This document shows positions 26,682-36,369 of a stretch of DNA of 64,000 bases, one piece after another. The notes below the pieces were generated by a model. The model searched no databases, was not told where the DNA came from, and saw nothing but the letters and a program-made list of their open reading frames with translations. Where the stretch lies: positions 32,001-96,000 of IMG/VR virus record IMGVR_UViG_3300017917_000400. One strand, written 5' to 3'. This stretch comes from a virus. The translations under genes were made by a program, and so were the position numbers. Every line of letters begins with the position of its first letter. Position 1 is the first letter of the stretch.

Positions 26682-27514
26682 TCTTCTCCGGTGATTGTGG
26701 GCAAATTTTCTCGTTTCATTGCATTATCGTACTCTTGATTAATCATACGAGTATAACTTGGATTCATTCCGTTTTCTTGCAAGATATCGTCTCGAATATT
26801 TTGCATTTTCTTTTCAATATTGATAACTCTAACAAATGAGTTGGTTACTGCGGCAGTAAAGTAGGCAAATGGGTTATCCGATTTACTTTCGTCAAATTGT
26901 AATCCAATTTGTGTAAGTTGCAAAATAGCCTGTCCTTTCATTTCGTCGTTATAGGTATAACCTCGAACGTTGCCACGGGTAGCATAACGCTCACAGAGTT
27001 TGATGTACATGCGAGCCAGTGTGTCTGTGATCTGTCCATGATCCTTACTAAATTTGCCTTTGATCATTCCTCCGCGCCAGTGGCTTTTTCCTACGCAGAC
27101 AAGCTCATCGTTTTCGTCAAATTTCCAATGTTGGAAGGCAGGAAAGTTTATTTTTTCTCTGTGATCTGCTTGACTCTTTGGTGTGCGTTTACGACCCGGT
27201 TCTAAAGGAATGTGATCGTAAGTCATGATGCGAAATACTAAATCTGTTTTTTCAATTTTTTTGTAATCAACTTCAAATTCTGCTAGTTTGACCTTAGTAT
27301 TTTCTGCTTTGGCTACTTCATATGCCTGCTGTGCTAGACGCTTTGCTCTAGATCTTTTTGCTTCTGCTATAGTTCTAATATTAATTTTTTCTAAACTAGG
27401 TAGAATTAGATCGTATTGATGATATTCTGGTTTGACAAAACTACAGTAGGTATTTTTACTTTTGTGTATTTCTGCTAGTAAATCTTTGTTGTTTAAGTAG
27501 TTTACTTTTTTCAT
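26678..27514 (-). CDS. gp55: Late-transcription sigma factor (T4 gp55-like) with an N-terminal insertion
   Basis: VNYLNNKDLLAEI; GYTYNDEM; FDESKSDNPFAYFT...NSFVRVINIEKK; synteny with gp47/gp46. Confidence 0.85.
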   Translation of the reverse strand: MKKVNYLNNKDLLAEIHKSKNTYCSFVKPEYHQYDLILPSLEKINIRTIAEAKRSRAKRLAQQAYEVAKAENTKVKLAEFEVDYKKIEKTDLVFRIMTYDHIPLEPGRKRTPKSQADHREKINFPAFQHWKFDENDELVCVGKSHWRGGMIKGKFSKDHGQITDTLARMYIKLCERYATRGNVRGYTYNDEMKGQAILQLTQIGLQFDESKSDNPFAYFTAAVTNSFVRVINIEKKMQNIRDDILQENGMNPSYTRMINQEYDNAMKRENLPTITGED

Positions 27515-27538
27515 TATAATTATGACTCCTCAATATAA

Positions 27539-27567
27539 ATTATAAACTCAGCACTTTATAAAGTCAA
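27539..27567 (-). promoter_or_regulatory. Sigma70-type promoter for gp55
   Basis: TTGACT-17 nt-TATAAT. Confidence 0.75.
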
Positions 27568-27573
27568 TAAATA
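27568..27573 (+). promoter_or_regulatory. Late promoter TAAATA for the baseplate operon
   Basis: Upstream of the AAGGA SD of 27596. Confidence 0.65.
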
Positions 27574-27595
27574 TGTTTAATAAGGATAACCAAAT

Positions 27596-28489
27596 ATGCC
27601 AGTAGACTTTAATAATTTTGTAAGTGGTGCAAGATCAATTGCCGGGTCAGCCGCTAATACTCTAGGTACAATTACAAACACTGTAAACACATTGAAAACA
27701 CAGGGATTTGGTGCGGCACTACGTAGCATAAATTTAATCCCAGGAGGGGAAACTGGTTCTAGTTCTAATCCAGCATCGGCAATTTTTAGTTCTTCTGCTA
27801 GTAGAGACTGGCGGGTTAAATTAAGTTTACCTAATAACCCGGTGTATAAAAGTAGTGCGATATTGAGACCTCTGGTAGAAACGAATGGTCTAGTGTTTCC
27901 TTACACACCAGCAATTCAGATGACACATACGGCAAACTATCAGCCAATGAATCCTGTACACAATAATTATCCTTTTTTGTCATATGAAAATAGCAAAATT
28001 GACGCTATGACAATTAACGGAACGTTTTACTGCGAAGACAGCACAGAAGCCGCATACTGGATTGCCGCAGTGCATTTTTTAAAATCTGTAACAAAAATGT
28101 CTTTTGGAAAAGATACAAACGCCGGCGCTCCTCCGCCTGTGTTAAAATTAAACGGGTACGGTGACTATGTGTTTAAAGATGTGCCTGTAGTAGTTACAAA
28201 CTTTATGATAGATTTGCCTAACGATGTTGACTACATTTCTACAGGATTGTCAGCCAATGCTCCTACAACTGCTAGTAGAGTTTCTGCCGCAGTGGCCGCA
28301 GTGACAGGCTTTCAAATTCCTGGTTCATCTTTAGGACAGGGCGTAGCATGGGCACCAGTAAAGAGCTCAATAAACGTTACAGTACAGCCTCTATACAGTA
28401 GAGACCAAGTTCGTAATTTCAGTCTTGATAAATTTATCAAAGGAGATTACGTATTAGGCTCTGGCGACAATAAAGCAGGATTTATTTAA
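27596..28489 (+). CDS. Baseplate tail-tube initiator-like protein (gp48/54 or CIS tube-like)
   Basis: LVFPYTP; GAPPPVLKLNGYG.YVFKDVPVVV; followed by a LysM/gp53-like gene. Confidence 0.6.
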   Translation: MPVDFNNFVSGARSIAGSAANTLGTITNTVNTLKTQGFGAALRSINLIPGGETGSSSNPASAIFSSSASRDWRVKLSLPNNPVYKSSAILRPLVETNGLVFPYTPAIQMTHTANYQPMNPVHNNYPFLSYENSKIDAMTINGTFYCEDSTEAAYWIAAVHFLKSVTKMSFGKDTNAGAPPPVLKLNGYGDYVFKDVPVVVTNFMIDLPNDVDYISTGLSANAPTTASRVSAAVAAVTGFQIPGSSLGQGVAWAPVKSSINVTVQPLYSRDQVRNFSLDKFIKGDYVLGSGDNKAGFI

Positions 28490-28788
28490 TGGCAAACTAT
28501 ACTAACAAAAGTCCTTGGTTTAAAACAAAAGAGTTGCCTGGATATTTGGCACCAATCAATGTTAGACCAGTAAGCGCAGAACCCGATGACTGGGTCTATA
28601 CAGTTGAACCTCAGTACAACTACCGGCCAGATCTATTAGCCAATGACTTATACGGATCTTCAAAGTTGTGGTGGGTGTTTATGCAACGCAATATGGACAT
28701 AATCAAAGATCCAGTTTTTGATTTTCGTTCTGGTGTAAAAATTTACATTCCTAAAAAATCTAGTCTTTTCCTTGTGTTAGGATTGTAA
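28489..28788 (+). CDS. gp53: Baseplate wedge gp53-like LysM protein
   Basis: RPDLLANDLYGSSKLWWVF...N...G.KIYIP. Confidence 0.8.
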   Translation: MANYTNKSPWFKTKELPGYLAPINVRPVSAEPDDWVYTVEPQYNYRPDLLANDLYGSSKLWWVFMQRNMDIIKDPVFDFRSGVKIYIPKKSSLFLVLGL

Positions 28789-28789
28789 A

Positions 28790-31087
28790 ATGCCATTAGC
28801 AGACAGCATTGGAATTCAGCCTAACATACTGGAACTATTCACTTCCTATACTACACTGTTTACAGTTAGTGCGCTGACCAGCGATCAAATAAATTTTCCT
28901 GAATCTAGTTATAAAAACAATCAGTTAGGAAAAATAATTTTAAGAAGTGCCGCAGGTAAACCTGATAACAGAATTGCTACCGCTTACAAAACATCTGCTA
29001 ATCCTTCAGGAAAATATGATTTTTATATTGACAATATAGAAATAGGAAGTTTAATAACCTATGATAAAAGAACTAAAGGTACAAATTCAACTAACATTAG
29101 TTTTAATGTATTTGAACCTTATAGTTTAGGTATGTTTTTACAGGCACTACAAATTGCCGCCGCAGAAGTAGCCGACAACGGCATAGCAGTAAATTACACA
29201 GAGATCCCATATCTTCTAACAATAGAATTTATTGGCTATGATAAAAACGGAAATATTATACCTATAGGAGATGTACTGAACAGACATATCCCATTTACCT
29301 TTGGTAACATCGATATGGACATTACCGCGTCTGGTTGTAGGTACAGCGTAACAGCAGTTCCTTATAATGAATCTGCTCTAGCAGATGCAGTAAACATTTT
29401 AAAATCAGATATTAAGATTAGCGGAACAACAGTTCAAGAGATTTTGCAATCTGGCGAAAATAGTTTACAGCGATGGTTAAATGAACGTACAAAGGAGATG
29501 GCTAAACAGGGCAGTGAAACAGGCAAAGAAGAATATGTGCCGGATGAAATTGTTATTATTTTTCCTAAAGACGGCGCTCGTATTTCTTCAACAGAACTAC
29601 CAGATGACTCGGGGCAGTCAGTGACTGAAAACCCAAATAATTCTGGATCGCAGTCAAAAATAGAAAATAAACTTACACTAAACAAAACGTCTGTAGCATC
29701 TGCAAGTTCCATAACCTTATTAGTACAGAATTCTGAATCTTTAAATGCTATTGGCACTTCTAAGATGGGGTTCACTCTTAATACTGGGGGCGAAAGTCAG
29801 TTAAAGCCTAAAGATCAAATACAAAAAGATCCAGATAAGCCAAACTCTAGAAAAGACAATGTCTACGACCCTAAGGATAAAGTTTTTAAATTTGCCAAGG
29901 GTAGTTCTATTATCAATGCTATTACAGAAGTTTTGTTAATGAGTGAATACTGTAAAACTAATGTAACTGCACCGTCAGATAGTTCAGGTTTAAAAAAATG
30001 GTTTAGAGTAGAGACTCAAGTTTATAATTTAAAACCTACGGTTGGTAATAATAATAGAGCAAAAATTCCTAGGTTATATGTTTTTAAAGTAGTAGAATAT
30101 CTAGTACACGAGCATAGATTTAAACCACCTTCATCGCAGCCGCAAGGGTATGAACAATTAAAGAAAAATGCTGTAAAAGAATATAATTATATCTACACTG
30201 GTAAAAATGTAGATATTCTTACTTTTAATATACAATTAAAAGCCGGTATGTTTACCACAGCCTATGCTGATAGAAATGCATTATCTGGTTCAGCATATGG
30301 TCAAATTAATGGTCAAGGATTAGAAAAAACCGGACAGCCAACTAGCGATGAATCTAATAAAGTATCTACTGATAAAGGAATACCTAATCAACCAGTAGGC
30401 GAACTAGCCTCAAGATACAAAAACGCCGGCGGCGGCCCTAACGACGATTATCGAAGTTTAATTGCTAAAAATTTCTATGAAGCATTATTAAACAGCCAGG
30501 GCGATATGTTAACGGCAGAAATTGAGATTATAGGAGATCCTTATTATATTGCTGACAGTGGCATGGGAAATTTTAGCGATATTCCTGTTAACTTTAACGA
30601 AAACGAAAACGGTTCAATGAATTATCAAAGCGGGGAAGTTGACATTATTGTAAATTTTCGAACACCTGTTGACTACAATGGTTTAACAGGTGGTATGGAT
30701 TTTATTAACGGTGTTGAAAATACAGGATTCAGTGGGTTGTATAATGTACAAGAAGTTATTAACAGTTTTAAGAGCGGAAAGTTTACGCAAACATTAAAAG
30801 CAATTAGAAGACCAATTCAGGAACCTTCTAAAGAAGTACAAAATCCGTCAAGTTCTCCAATACGTGATGAAACAGGAAAAATAAGCAACATTAGAAGAAA
30901 TGAGGAAACTGGAGAATTGTATGATGCTACTGGATTATACGAAGATGATGGAAAAACATTGACTAAGAAACCAGGAGAGGCTGATAAGAAATCAATTGAT
31001 TCTGTCAGCAGAGGAACAAGAGAAAGTCAAGTTGAATATACAAACTCAGGAATACCAGTTCCTGGACGTCCTAGAGGTGGTACATAA
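28790..31087 (+). CDS. Baseplate hub protein (gp27/VgrG N-terminal-like)
   Basis: Immediately precedes gp5; EIIGDP...FSGLYNVQEVINSFKSGKFTQTL is a typical hub C-terminus. Confidence 0.6.
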   Translation: MPLADSIGIQPNILELFTSYTTLFTVSALTSDQINFPESSYKNNQLGKIILRSAAGKPDNRIATAYKTSANPSGKYDFYIDNIEIGSLITYDKRTKGTNSTNISFNVFEPYSLGMFLQALQIAAAEVADNGIAVNYTEIPYLLTIEFIGYDKNGNIIPIGDVLNRHIPFTFGNIDMDITASGCRYSVTAVPYNESALADAVNILKSDIKISGTTVQEILQSGENSLQRWLNERTKEMAKQGSETGKEEYVPDEIVIIFPKDGARISSTELPDDSGQSVTENPNNSGSQSKIENKLTLNKTSVASASSITLLVQNSESLNAIGTSKMGFTLNTGGESQLKPKDQIQKDPDKPNSRKDNVYDPKDKVFKFAKGSSIINAITEVLLMSEYCKTNVTAPSDSSGLKKWFRVETQVYNLKPTVGNNNRAKIPRLYVFKVVEYLVHEHRFKPPSSQPQGYEQLKKNAVKEYNYIYTGKNVDILTFNIQLKAGMFTTAYADRNALSGSAYGQINGQGLEKTGQPTSDESNKVSTDKGIPNQPVGELASRYKNAGGGPNDDYRSLIAKNFYEALLNSQGDMLTAEIEIIGDPYYIADSGMGNFSDIPVNFNENENGSMNYQSGEVDIIVNFRTPVDYNGLTGGMDFINGVENTGFSGLYNVQEVINSFKSGKFTQTLKAIRRPIQEPSKEVQNPSSSPIRDETGKISNIRRNEETGELYDATGLYEDDGKTLTKKPGEADKKSIDSVSRGTRESQVEYTNSGIPVPGRPRGGT

Positions 31088-32424
31088 TGGGTATTGAAAA
31101 TAATCGATCAGTTGAAAAAAGTAGTCGAAGCACGATTGATCCAGGGCCGCATCTTGCTCGAGTTATTAGAACAGAAGATAACAAATACATGGGAACTCTC
31201 CATGTACAGTTATTGCGAGACATTGGCAATATTCCTAACAGCGAAGCCAGCACATATCCAGTTCAGTATCTTAGTCCGTTCTATGGTGTAACAAATGTTG
31301 AACTCATAGGTAAAAATAATACATTTAATGATACACAAAAAAGTTATGGTATGTGGATGGTACCGCCAACTGAGGGCGGAGTTGTTGTTGTGATGTTTAT
31401 TAATGGCGATGTTAGTTTAGGTTTTTGGATTGGATGCGTACAAGACGAATACATGAACTTTATGGTACCAGGATTAGCCGCAACAGAAATAAACACAAAA
31501 CTTCCTTCATCTAAACAACCTGTCGCAGAATTTAACAGACTAATAGTTGAAGGAAATCAACCAGACTCTACACAAATTAAAAAACCAGTACATCCATTTT
31601 CTGAAGTGTTGTTGCAACAAGGACTGTTAGAAGACGAGACTAGAGGAATTACAACCAGCAGTGCTCGCCGAGAAAGTCCAAGTAATGTATTTGGAATATC
31701 TACTCCTGGTCCAGTTGATAGAACTCAAGGTGCTCCTCGAGGAAAAACTGGCTCAAAAGAAAATCCGTCTACTGGAACATTTTACAGCAGACTTGGTGGT
31801 ACAACGTTTGTTATGGACGACGGTGATGATAATTTTTTAAGAAAAACACTAGCAAGTGATGGCCCGCCAGAATATGCTAGTGTAGAAAACGATCAAAAGG
31901 GAGGCATTCCTAATATTCCTCATAATGAGTTATTTCGTATTCGTACTAGAACTGGTCATCAAATACTATTACACAACAGCGAAGACTTAATCTATATAGG
32001 TAATTCCAAAGGCACAACTTGGATAGAATTAACTAGCAACGGAAAAATTGATATTTTTGCTAAAGACAGCATTAGTATTCATACTAAAAACGATTTAAAC
32101 ATTACTGCTGACAGAGATATTAATTTAACAGCAGGCAGGCATATTAATACAAATGCCGGCGGACATATATGGGAAACATCTGTTGGAACTAATGAAACTA
32201 AAGCAGGCGGAAATATTGTTGAAACAGCACCAAATATTCATATGAATGGACCAACAGCATCTACAGCACCAACTGCCTCAAGAATACCTCAAGCAGAACC
32301 GTGGAACGGCCATGAAAATTTAAATCCAACAGCACATACTCCAGATAAAACGGTAGCAGGATCTACTGCTGGTACGGGAGTTTTAAAGAAAATATTAGAC
32401 ACATTTAAAAAAATAGGAAAATAA
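31087..32424 (+). CDS. gp5: Central spike gp5-like (OB fold plus beta-helix, no lysozyme)
   Basis: GMWMVPP.EG..VVVMFINGD...FWIG; RTRTGHQILL; periodic DLNITADRDINLTAGRHIN. Confidence 0.8.
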   Translation: MGIENNRSVEKSSRSTIDPGPHLARVIRTEDNKYMGTLHVQLLRDIGNIPNSEASTYPVQYLSPFYGVTNVELIGKNNTFNDTQKSYGMWMVPPTEGGVVVVMFINGDVSLGFWIGCVQDEYMNFMVPGLAATEINTKLPSSKQPVAEFNRLIVEGNQPDSTQIKKPVHPFSEVLLQQGLLEDETRGITTSSARRESPSNVFGISTPGPVDRTQGAPRGKTGSKENPSTGTFYSRLGGTTFVMDDGDDNFLRKTLASDGPPEYASVENDQKGGIPNIPHNELFRIRTRTGHQILLHNSEDLIYIGNSKGTTWIELTSNGKIDIFAKDSISIHTKNDLNITADRDINLTAGRHINTNAGGHIWETSVGTNETKAGGNIVETAPNIHMNGPTASTAPTASRIPQAEPWNGHENLNPTAHTPDKTVAGSTAGTGVLKKILDTFKKIGK

Positions 32425-32434
32425 ATATTAAACT

Positions 32435-32878
32435 ATGGCAACATATAATGCAGTTTCTGGTAAAAGCGTAATAGCCCAAAATGGGATATCTGATCCCGTA
32501 CCTACAGGCAGAGCCTATCGAGGTGTTAGCACTGTTGCTAGTCCTACTGGTAGTTTTACTCTATACGATTTAAGTTTAATCAAGCAAGATCTGATAAATC
32601 ATTTACACATTCGTCAAGGCGAAAAATTAGAAAATCCAGAGTTTGGGTGTATTATTTGGGATCTTTTGTTTGATCCGCTTACAGAAGAATTAAAAGACGC
32701 TATAGCAGAAAATGTCACAGAAATAATGAACTACGACCCTAGAGTCAAAGTAGATAGTTTAATCGTCAGCGAGTATGAAAGCGGCATACAAGTTGAATGC
32801 GAATTAACTTACCTTCCTTATAACATATCAGAACAGTTACGTTTCAAATTTGACAACGATAACAACATCCTCAGTTAA
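32435..32878 (+). CDS. gp25: Baseplate wedge/sheath initiator gp25
   Basis: LIKQDLINHL.IRQGEKLENPEFGC.IWDLLFDP; YDPRV. Confidence 0.92.
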   Translation: MATYNAVSGKSVIAQNGISDPVPTGRAYRGVSTVASPTGSFTLYDLSLIKQDLINHLHIRQGEKLENPEFGCIIWDLLFDPLTEELKDAIAENVTEIMNYDPRVKVDSLIVSEYESGIQVECELTYLPYNISEQLRFKFDNDNNILS

Positions 32879-32903
32879 TAATCTACGCACATTTTAAATA
32901 CGA

Positions 32904-32909
32904 TAAATA
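32904..32909 (+). promoter_or_regulatory. Late promoter TAAATA for gp6 (second copy at 32895-32900)
   Basis: CGATAAATA context, as at 50452 and 55276. Confidence 0.6.
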
Positions 32910-32927
32910 GTTTATCGAGGGCTAATT

Positions 32928-35900
32928 ATGGCAAGTGTAGATAGACAAAATAAACTTATTGCGGCAGAAGACTGGAAAAAAGTATACCAGAGTTTTAAAA
33001 ACGCAGACTTTAAATCGTACGACTTTGACAACCTTCGTCGTACAATGATCACGTATCTACGTGAAAATTATCCAGAAGATTTTAACGATTATATTGAGTC
33101 AAGTGAGTACTTGGCCCTTATTGATCTCATCGCATTTTTAGGTCAAAACCTAGCATTCCGCTTTGACTTAAATGCTCGTGATAACTTCCTTGAACTAGCA
33201 GAACGTCGTGAAAGCGTACTACGTTTAGCACGTCTATTAAGTTATAATCCTAAGCGTAATCAGCCAGCCAACGGACTTTTAAAGTTTACCTCTATATCTA
33301 CAACAGAAACTGTACTAGACAGTAATGGCAGAAATCTATCTAATCAAACTATTGTTTGGAATGACAGTGCAAATGCTAACTGGTACGAACAATTTATTAA
33401 AGTATTAAATGCATCTTTACCAGAAACTAGTCAATTTGGTAAACCGTTAGCCAGCGCAACAATCAGTGGTGTTCCTTGTGAACAATATAGATTTAATGCA
33501 TCAAACACAGAAGTTCCAATTTACGGTTTTAGTAAAAACATCGACGGCCGCAACGTAGATTTTGAAGCAGTGTCAACTACATTTTCTGGATCTGATTCAA
33601 TTTATGAAGAAGCACCTTTTCCAACAAATAGTCTAGCGTTCTTATATAGAGACGACGGCGGCGGCCCACCAAGTAGCAACACAGGTTTCTTTGTTCACTT
33701 CCGTCAAGGAACATTACAAGAAAGCACATTTACAATTGATCGTCCTAGTACCAGCGAAACATTAGATATTGATAGTCCTAATATTAACAATTCTGATGTG
33801 TGGCTATACGGATTAGATAGTATTGGATTTGAAACAACACTGTGGACTAAAGTAGATGCTGTTGAAGGCAACAATGTCATTTATAATAGTGTAAACAAAA
33901 ATATTAGAAACATTTATAGTGTATTAACTCGATCGCTTGATCGTGTAAGATTAATTTTTGCAGACGGTACATTTGGTAATTTGCCTCAAGGCAACTTTAA
34001 AGTATATTATAGAATTAGCAATGGATTATCTTATTCTATCAATCCGGCGGACGTTAGAAATGTTTCTATTGATATTCCTTACATTAGTAGATCTGGAAAA
34101 AAAGAAATTGTAACTATTGCACTAGGTTTAAAATATACAGTTACAAATGCTACAATCGCAGAAACAACTGATAGTATTAAAACCAATGCACCTGCAACAT
34201 ACTACACACAAAGTCGTATGATTACAGGCGAGGATTACAACGTCTATCCTTTAAGTATCAACCAAGAGATTGTAAAAGTAAAATCAATCAATAGAATTAG
34301 CAGTGGTATCAGTCGATACTTTGACTTAAAAGACAGTTCAGGAAAATATAGCGCAACAAATTTATTTGGCACAGACGGTGTTCTGTATAAAGAGCCAACA
34401 ACAAATTCTTTTACATTTAGTGTAAGCACACGAACTGATATTGAAAACGTAGTTTTAAATCAAGTTATACCAATTTTATCTGATAGAAAAACTGTTGATT
34501 TTTACCTTGACAAATATCCTAAGATTATATTAGATCCAGTTTTCAGTTCTTTCTATCAGCAGACTAGTGCAGTAAATCTTTCTACAGGTTATATAGGAGA
34601 TGTAGATGATGCATCTACTAAAAAATTAGGAGCATTTACAAGTTCTAATTTACGATACATAGTTCCAGGGTGTTTGATAAAATTTACTCCCGAAGCGGGA
34701 AAAGTATTTGATAAAGATAATAATATTATTGATCTAGCAAATGCCGATGCAGACTCAAAAACTTATGTTTGGAGTAAAGTAATTAATGTTATTTCAGATG
34801 GCACAGCCTCAAATACTGGAGTACTTGCAGACGGAACTGGACCTGTAATCCTAAACGATATAATTCCAACTGGCGCTAATTTAAATTCAATATTACCTAA
34901 ATTTGTTACTGGATTAGAATCTAGTGTTATTACAAGAATAGTAGATTTAATTTTTGCTAATAAAGAGTTTGGACTACGCTACGATGCAAATCAAACCACA
35001 TGGAAAATTATTTCAGACACAAACGTAGATAAGAAAAATGATTTTAGTTTAGGTAAAGCCGGCGATGTAAGCAATCAACAATTAGATGCTAGTTGGATAA
35101 TCTTGTTTGAAACCAACGGAGAAGTCTACACAGTTACTAGCAGAGGAACACGATACGTGTTTGAAAGTGAAAAAGAAATTAGATTCTTCTATGACAGCAG
35201 TGACAAAGTTTATGACACAAGCTCAGGAAAAATTATACGAGATAGTATTACAGTTTTAGGAATTAATACAGAGCCAGATACTACCAGTCCTATAGATCAA
35301 GATATCAAATGGGAAATTGTTGACGACTATAAAGGCGCCGACGGCTACATTGATTCAAAGAAAATTTCAATTAGTTTTTATGACAATGACGAAGACGGTG
35401 TTGTAGATAACCCAGAAATTTTTGATATCGTTGTTGCACCTAGTGTAAATCCAGCAGAAAAATTTATTTTTCAAAAGAGTAGAATTAGCATTGATGGCGT
35501 AACAGATTATTATTACATCAGTAATAACAACGACTTAATTAAAATTTATGCATCTCAAGGTGCAATAGATTCAAATGTTTTAGCAGATCAGCAGTTAGTT
35601 TATATTATAGATGAAGATGTAGTTAAGGTATTCTACAAAGAAAGTGTAACCTTTGTTATTACAACAGAATATCGTGCCTTTGTAGGAAGAGATTTATTAA
35701 AATTTCAATACGTACACGCCGCAGACGAAAGTGCAAGAATTGATCCTGCCGCAACTAATATCATTGATGTCTTTATGTTAACTAAGTCTTATGATGCTCA
35801 ATACAGACTATGGTTAAGCGGTGAACTGGCAACTAGACCGTTGCCTCCAAGCAGTGATGCATTGTATATTAATTTTAATAGCAGTCTGGGAAAAATTAAA

Positions 35901-36359
35901 GCGATCAGTGATGAAATCATTTATCATCCTGTAAAATATAAAAATTTATTTGGATCAAAAGCAGACATGAGTTTACAAGCAACATTTAAAGTTGTAAAGA
36001 ATACATCGCTAGTTATCAGCGATAACGATATTAAAACTGGCGTAGTAAATGCAACTAAAGAATTTTTCGCTATTGAAAACTGGGACTTCGGGGATACGTT
36101 TTATTTTGGTGAACTAGCAACATATATTATGACCAAGATGAGTCCTAAGATTGCAAATATTGTTTTAGTACCAAATAATCAAAATTTAGCATTTGGTAGT
36201 TTATACGAAATCAAATCTAATCCTGATGAGATTTTTGCTACTTCAATTTCTGTAGATAACGTTGAAATTATATCAGAAATAACTGCGGCAAGATTAAACA
36301 CTACAGGAGTAGTTTTAACATCTAGCTCAATGTCAGCCAACGGTGTGGTTAGTAATTAA
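32928..36359 (+). CDS. gp6: Baseplate wedge gp6-like (extended)
   Basis: DFDNLRRTMITYL; FNDY.ESS; FLELAERRESVLRLARLLSYNP; FADGTFG; ETTDSIKTNAP..Y.TQSRMITGEDY. Confidence 0.9.
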   Translation: MASVDRQNKLIAAEDWKKVYQSFKNADFKSYDFDNLRRTMITYLRENYPEDFNDYIESSEYLALIDLIAFLGQNLAFRFDLNARDNFLELAERRESVLRLARLLSYNPKRNQPANGLLKFTSISTTETVLDSNGRNLSNQTIVWNDSANANWYEQFIKVLNASLPETSQFGKPLASATISGVPCEQYRFNASNTEVPIYGFSKNIDGRNVDFEAVSTTFSGSDSIYEEAPFPTNSLAFLYRDDGGGPPSSNTGFFVHFRQGTLQESTFTIDRPSTSETLDIDSPNINNSDVWLYGLDSIGFETTLWTKVDAVEGNNVIYNSVNKNIRNIYSVLTRSLDRVRLIFADGTFGNLPQGNFKVYYRISNGLSYSINPADVRNVSIDIPYISRSGKKEIVTIALGLKYTVTNATIAETTDSIKTNAPATYYTQSRMITGEDYNVYPLSINQEIVKVKSINRISSGISRYFDLKDSSGKYSATNLFGTDGVLYKEPTTNSFTFSVSTRTDIENVVLNQVIPILSDRKTVDFYLDKYPKIILDPVFSSFYQQTSAVNLSTGYIGDVDDASTKKLGAFTSSNLRYIVPGCLIKFTPEAGKVFDKDNNIIDLANADADSKTYVWSKVINVISDGTASNTGVLADGTGPVILNDIIPTGANLNSILPKFVTGLESSVITRIVDLIFANKEFGLRYDANQTTWKIISDTNVDKKNDFSLGKAGDVSNQQLDASWIILFETNGEVYTVTSRGTRYVFESEKEIRFFYDSSDKVYDTSSGKIIRDSITVLGINTEPDTTSPIDQDIKWEIVDDYKGADGYIDSKKISISFYDNDEDGVVDNPEIFDIVVAPSVNPAEKFIFQKSRISIDGVTDYYYISNNNDLIKIYASQGAIDSNVLADQQLVYIIDEDVVKVFYKESVTFVITTEYRAFVGRDLLKFQYVHAADESARIDPAATNIIDVFMLTKSYDAQYRLWLSGELATRPLPPSSDALYINFNSSLGKIKAISDEIIYHPVKYKNLFGSKADMSLQATFKVVKNTSLVISDNDIKTGVVNATKEFFAIENWDFGDTFYFGELATYIMTKMSPKIANIVLVPNNQNLAFGSLYEIKSNPDEIFATSISVDNVEIISEITAARLNTTGVVLTSSSMSANGVVSN

Positions 36360-36369
36360 AGGATAATAC

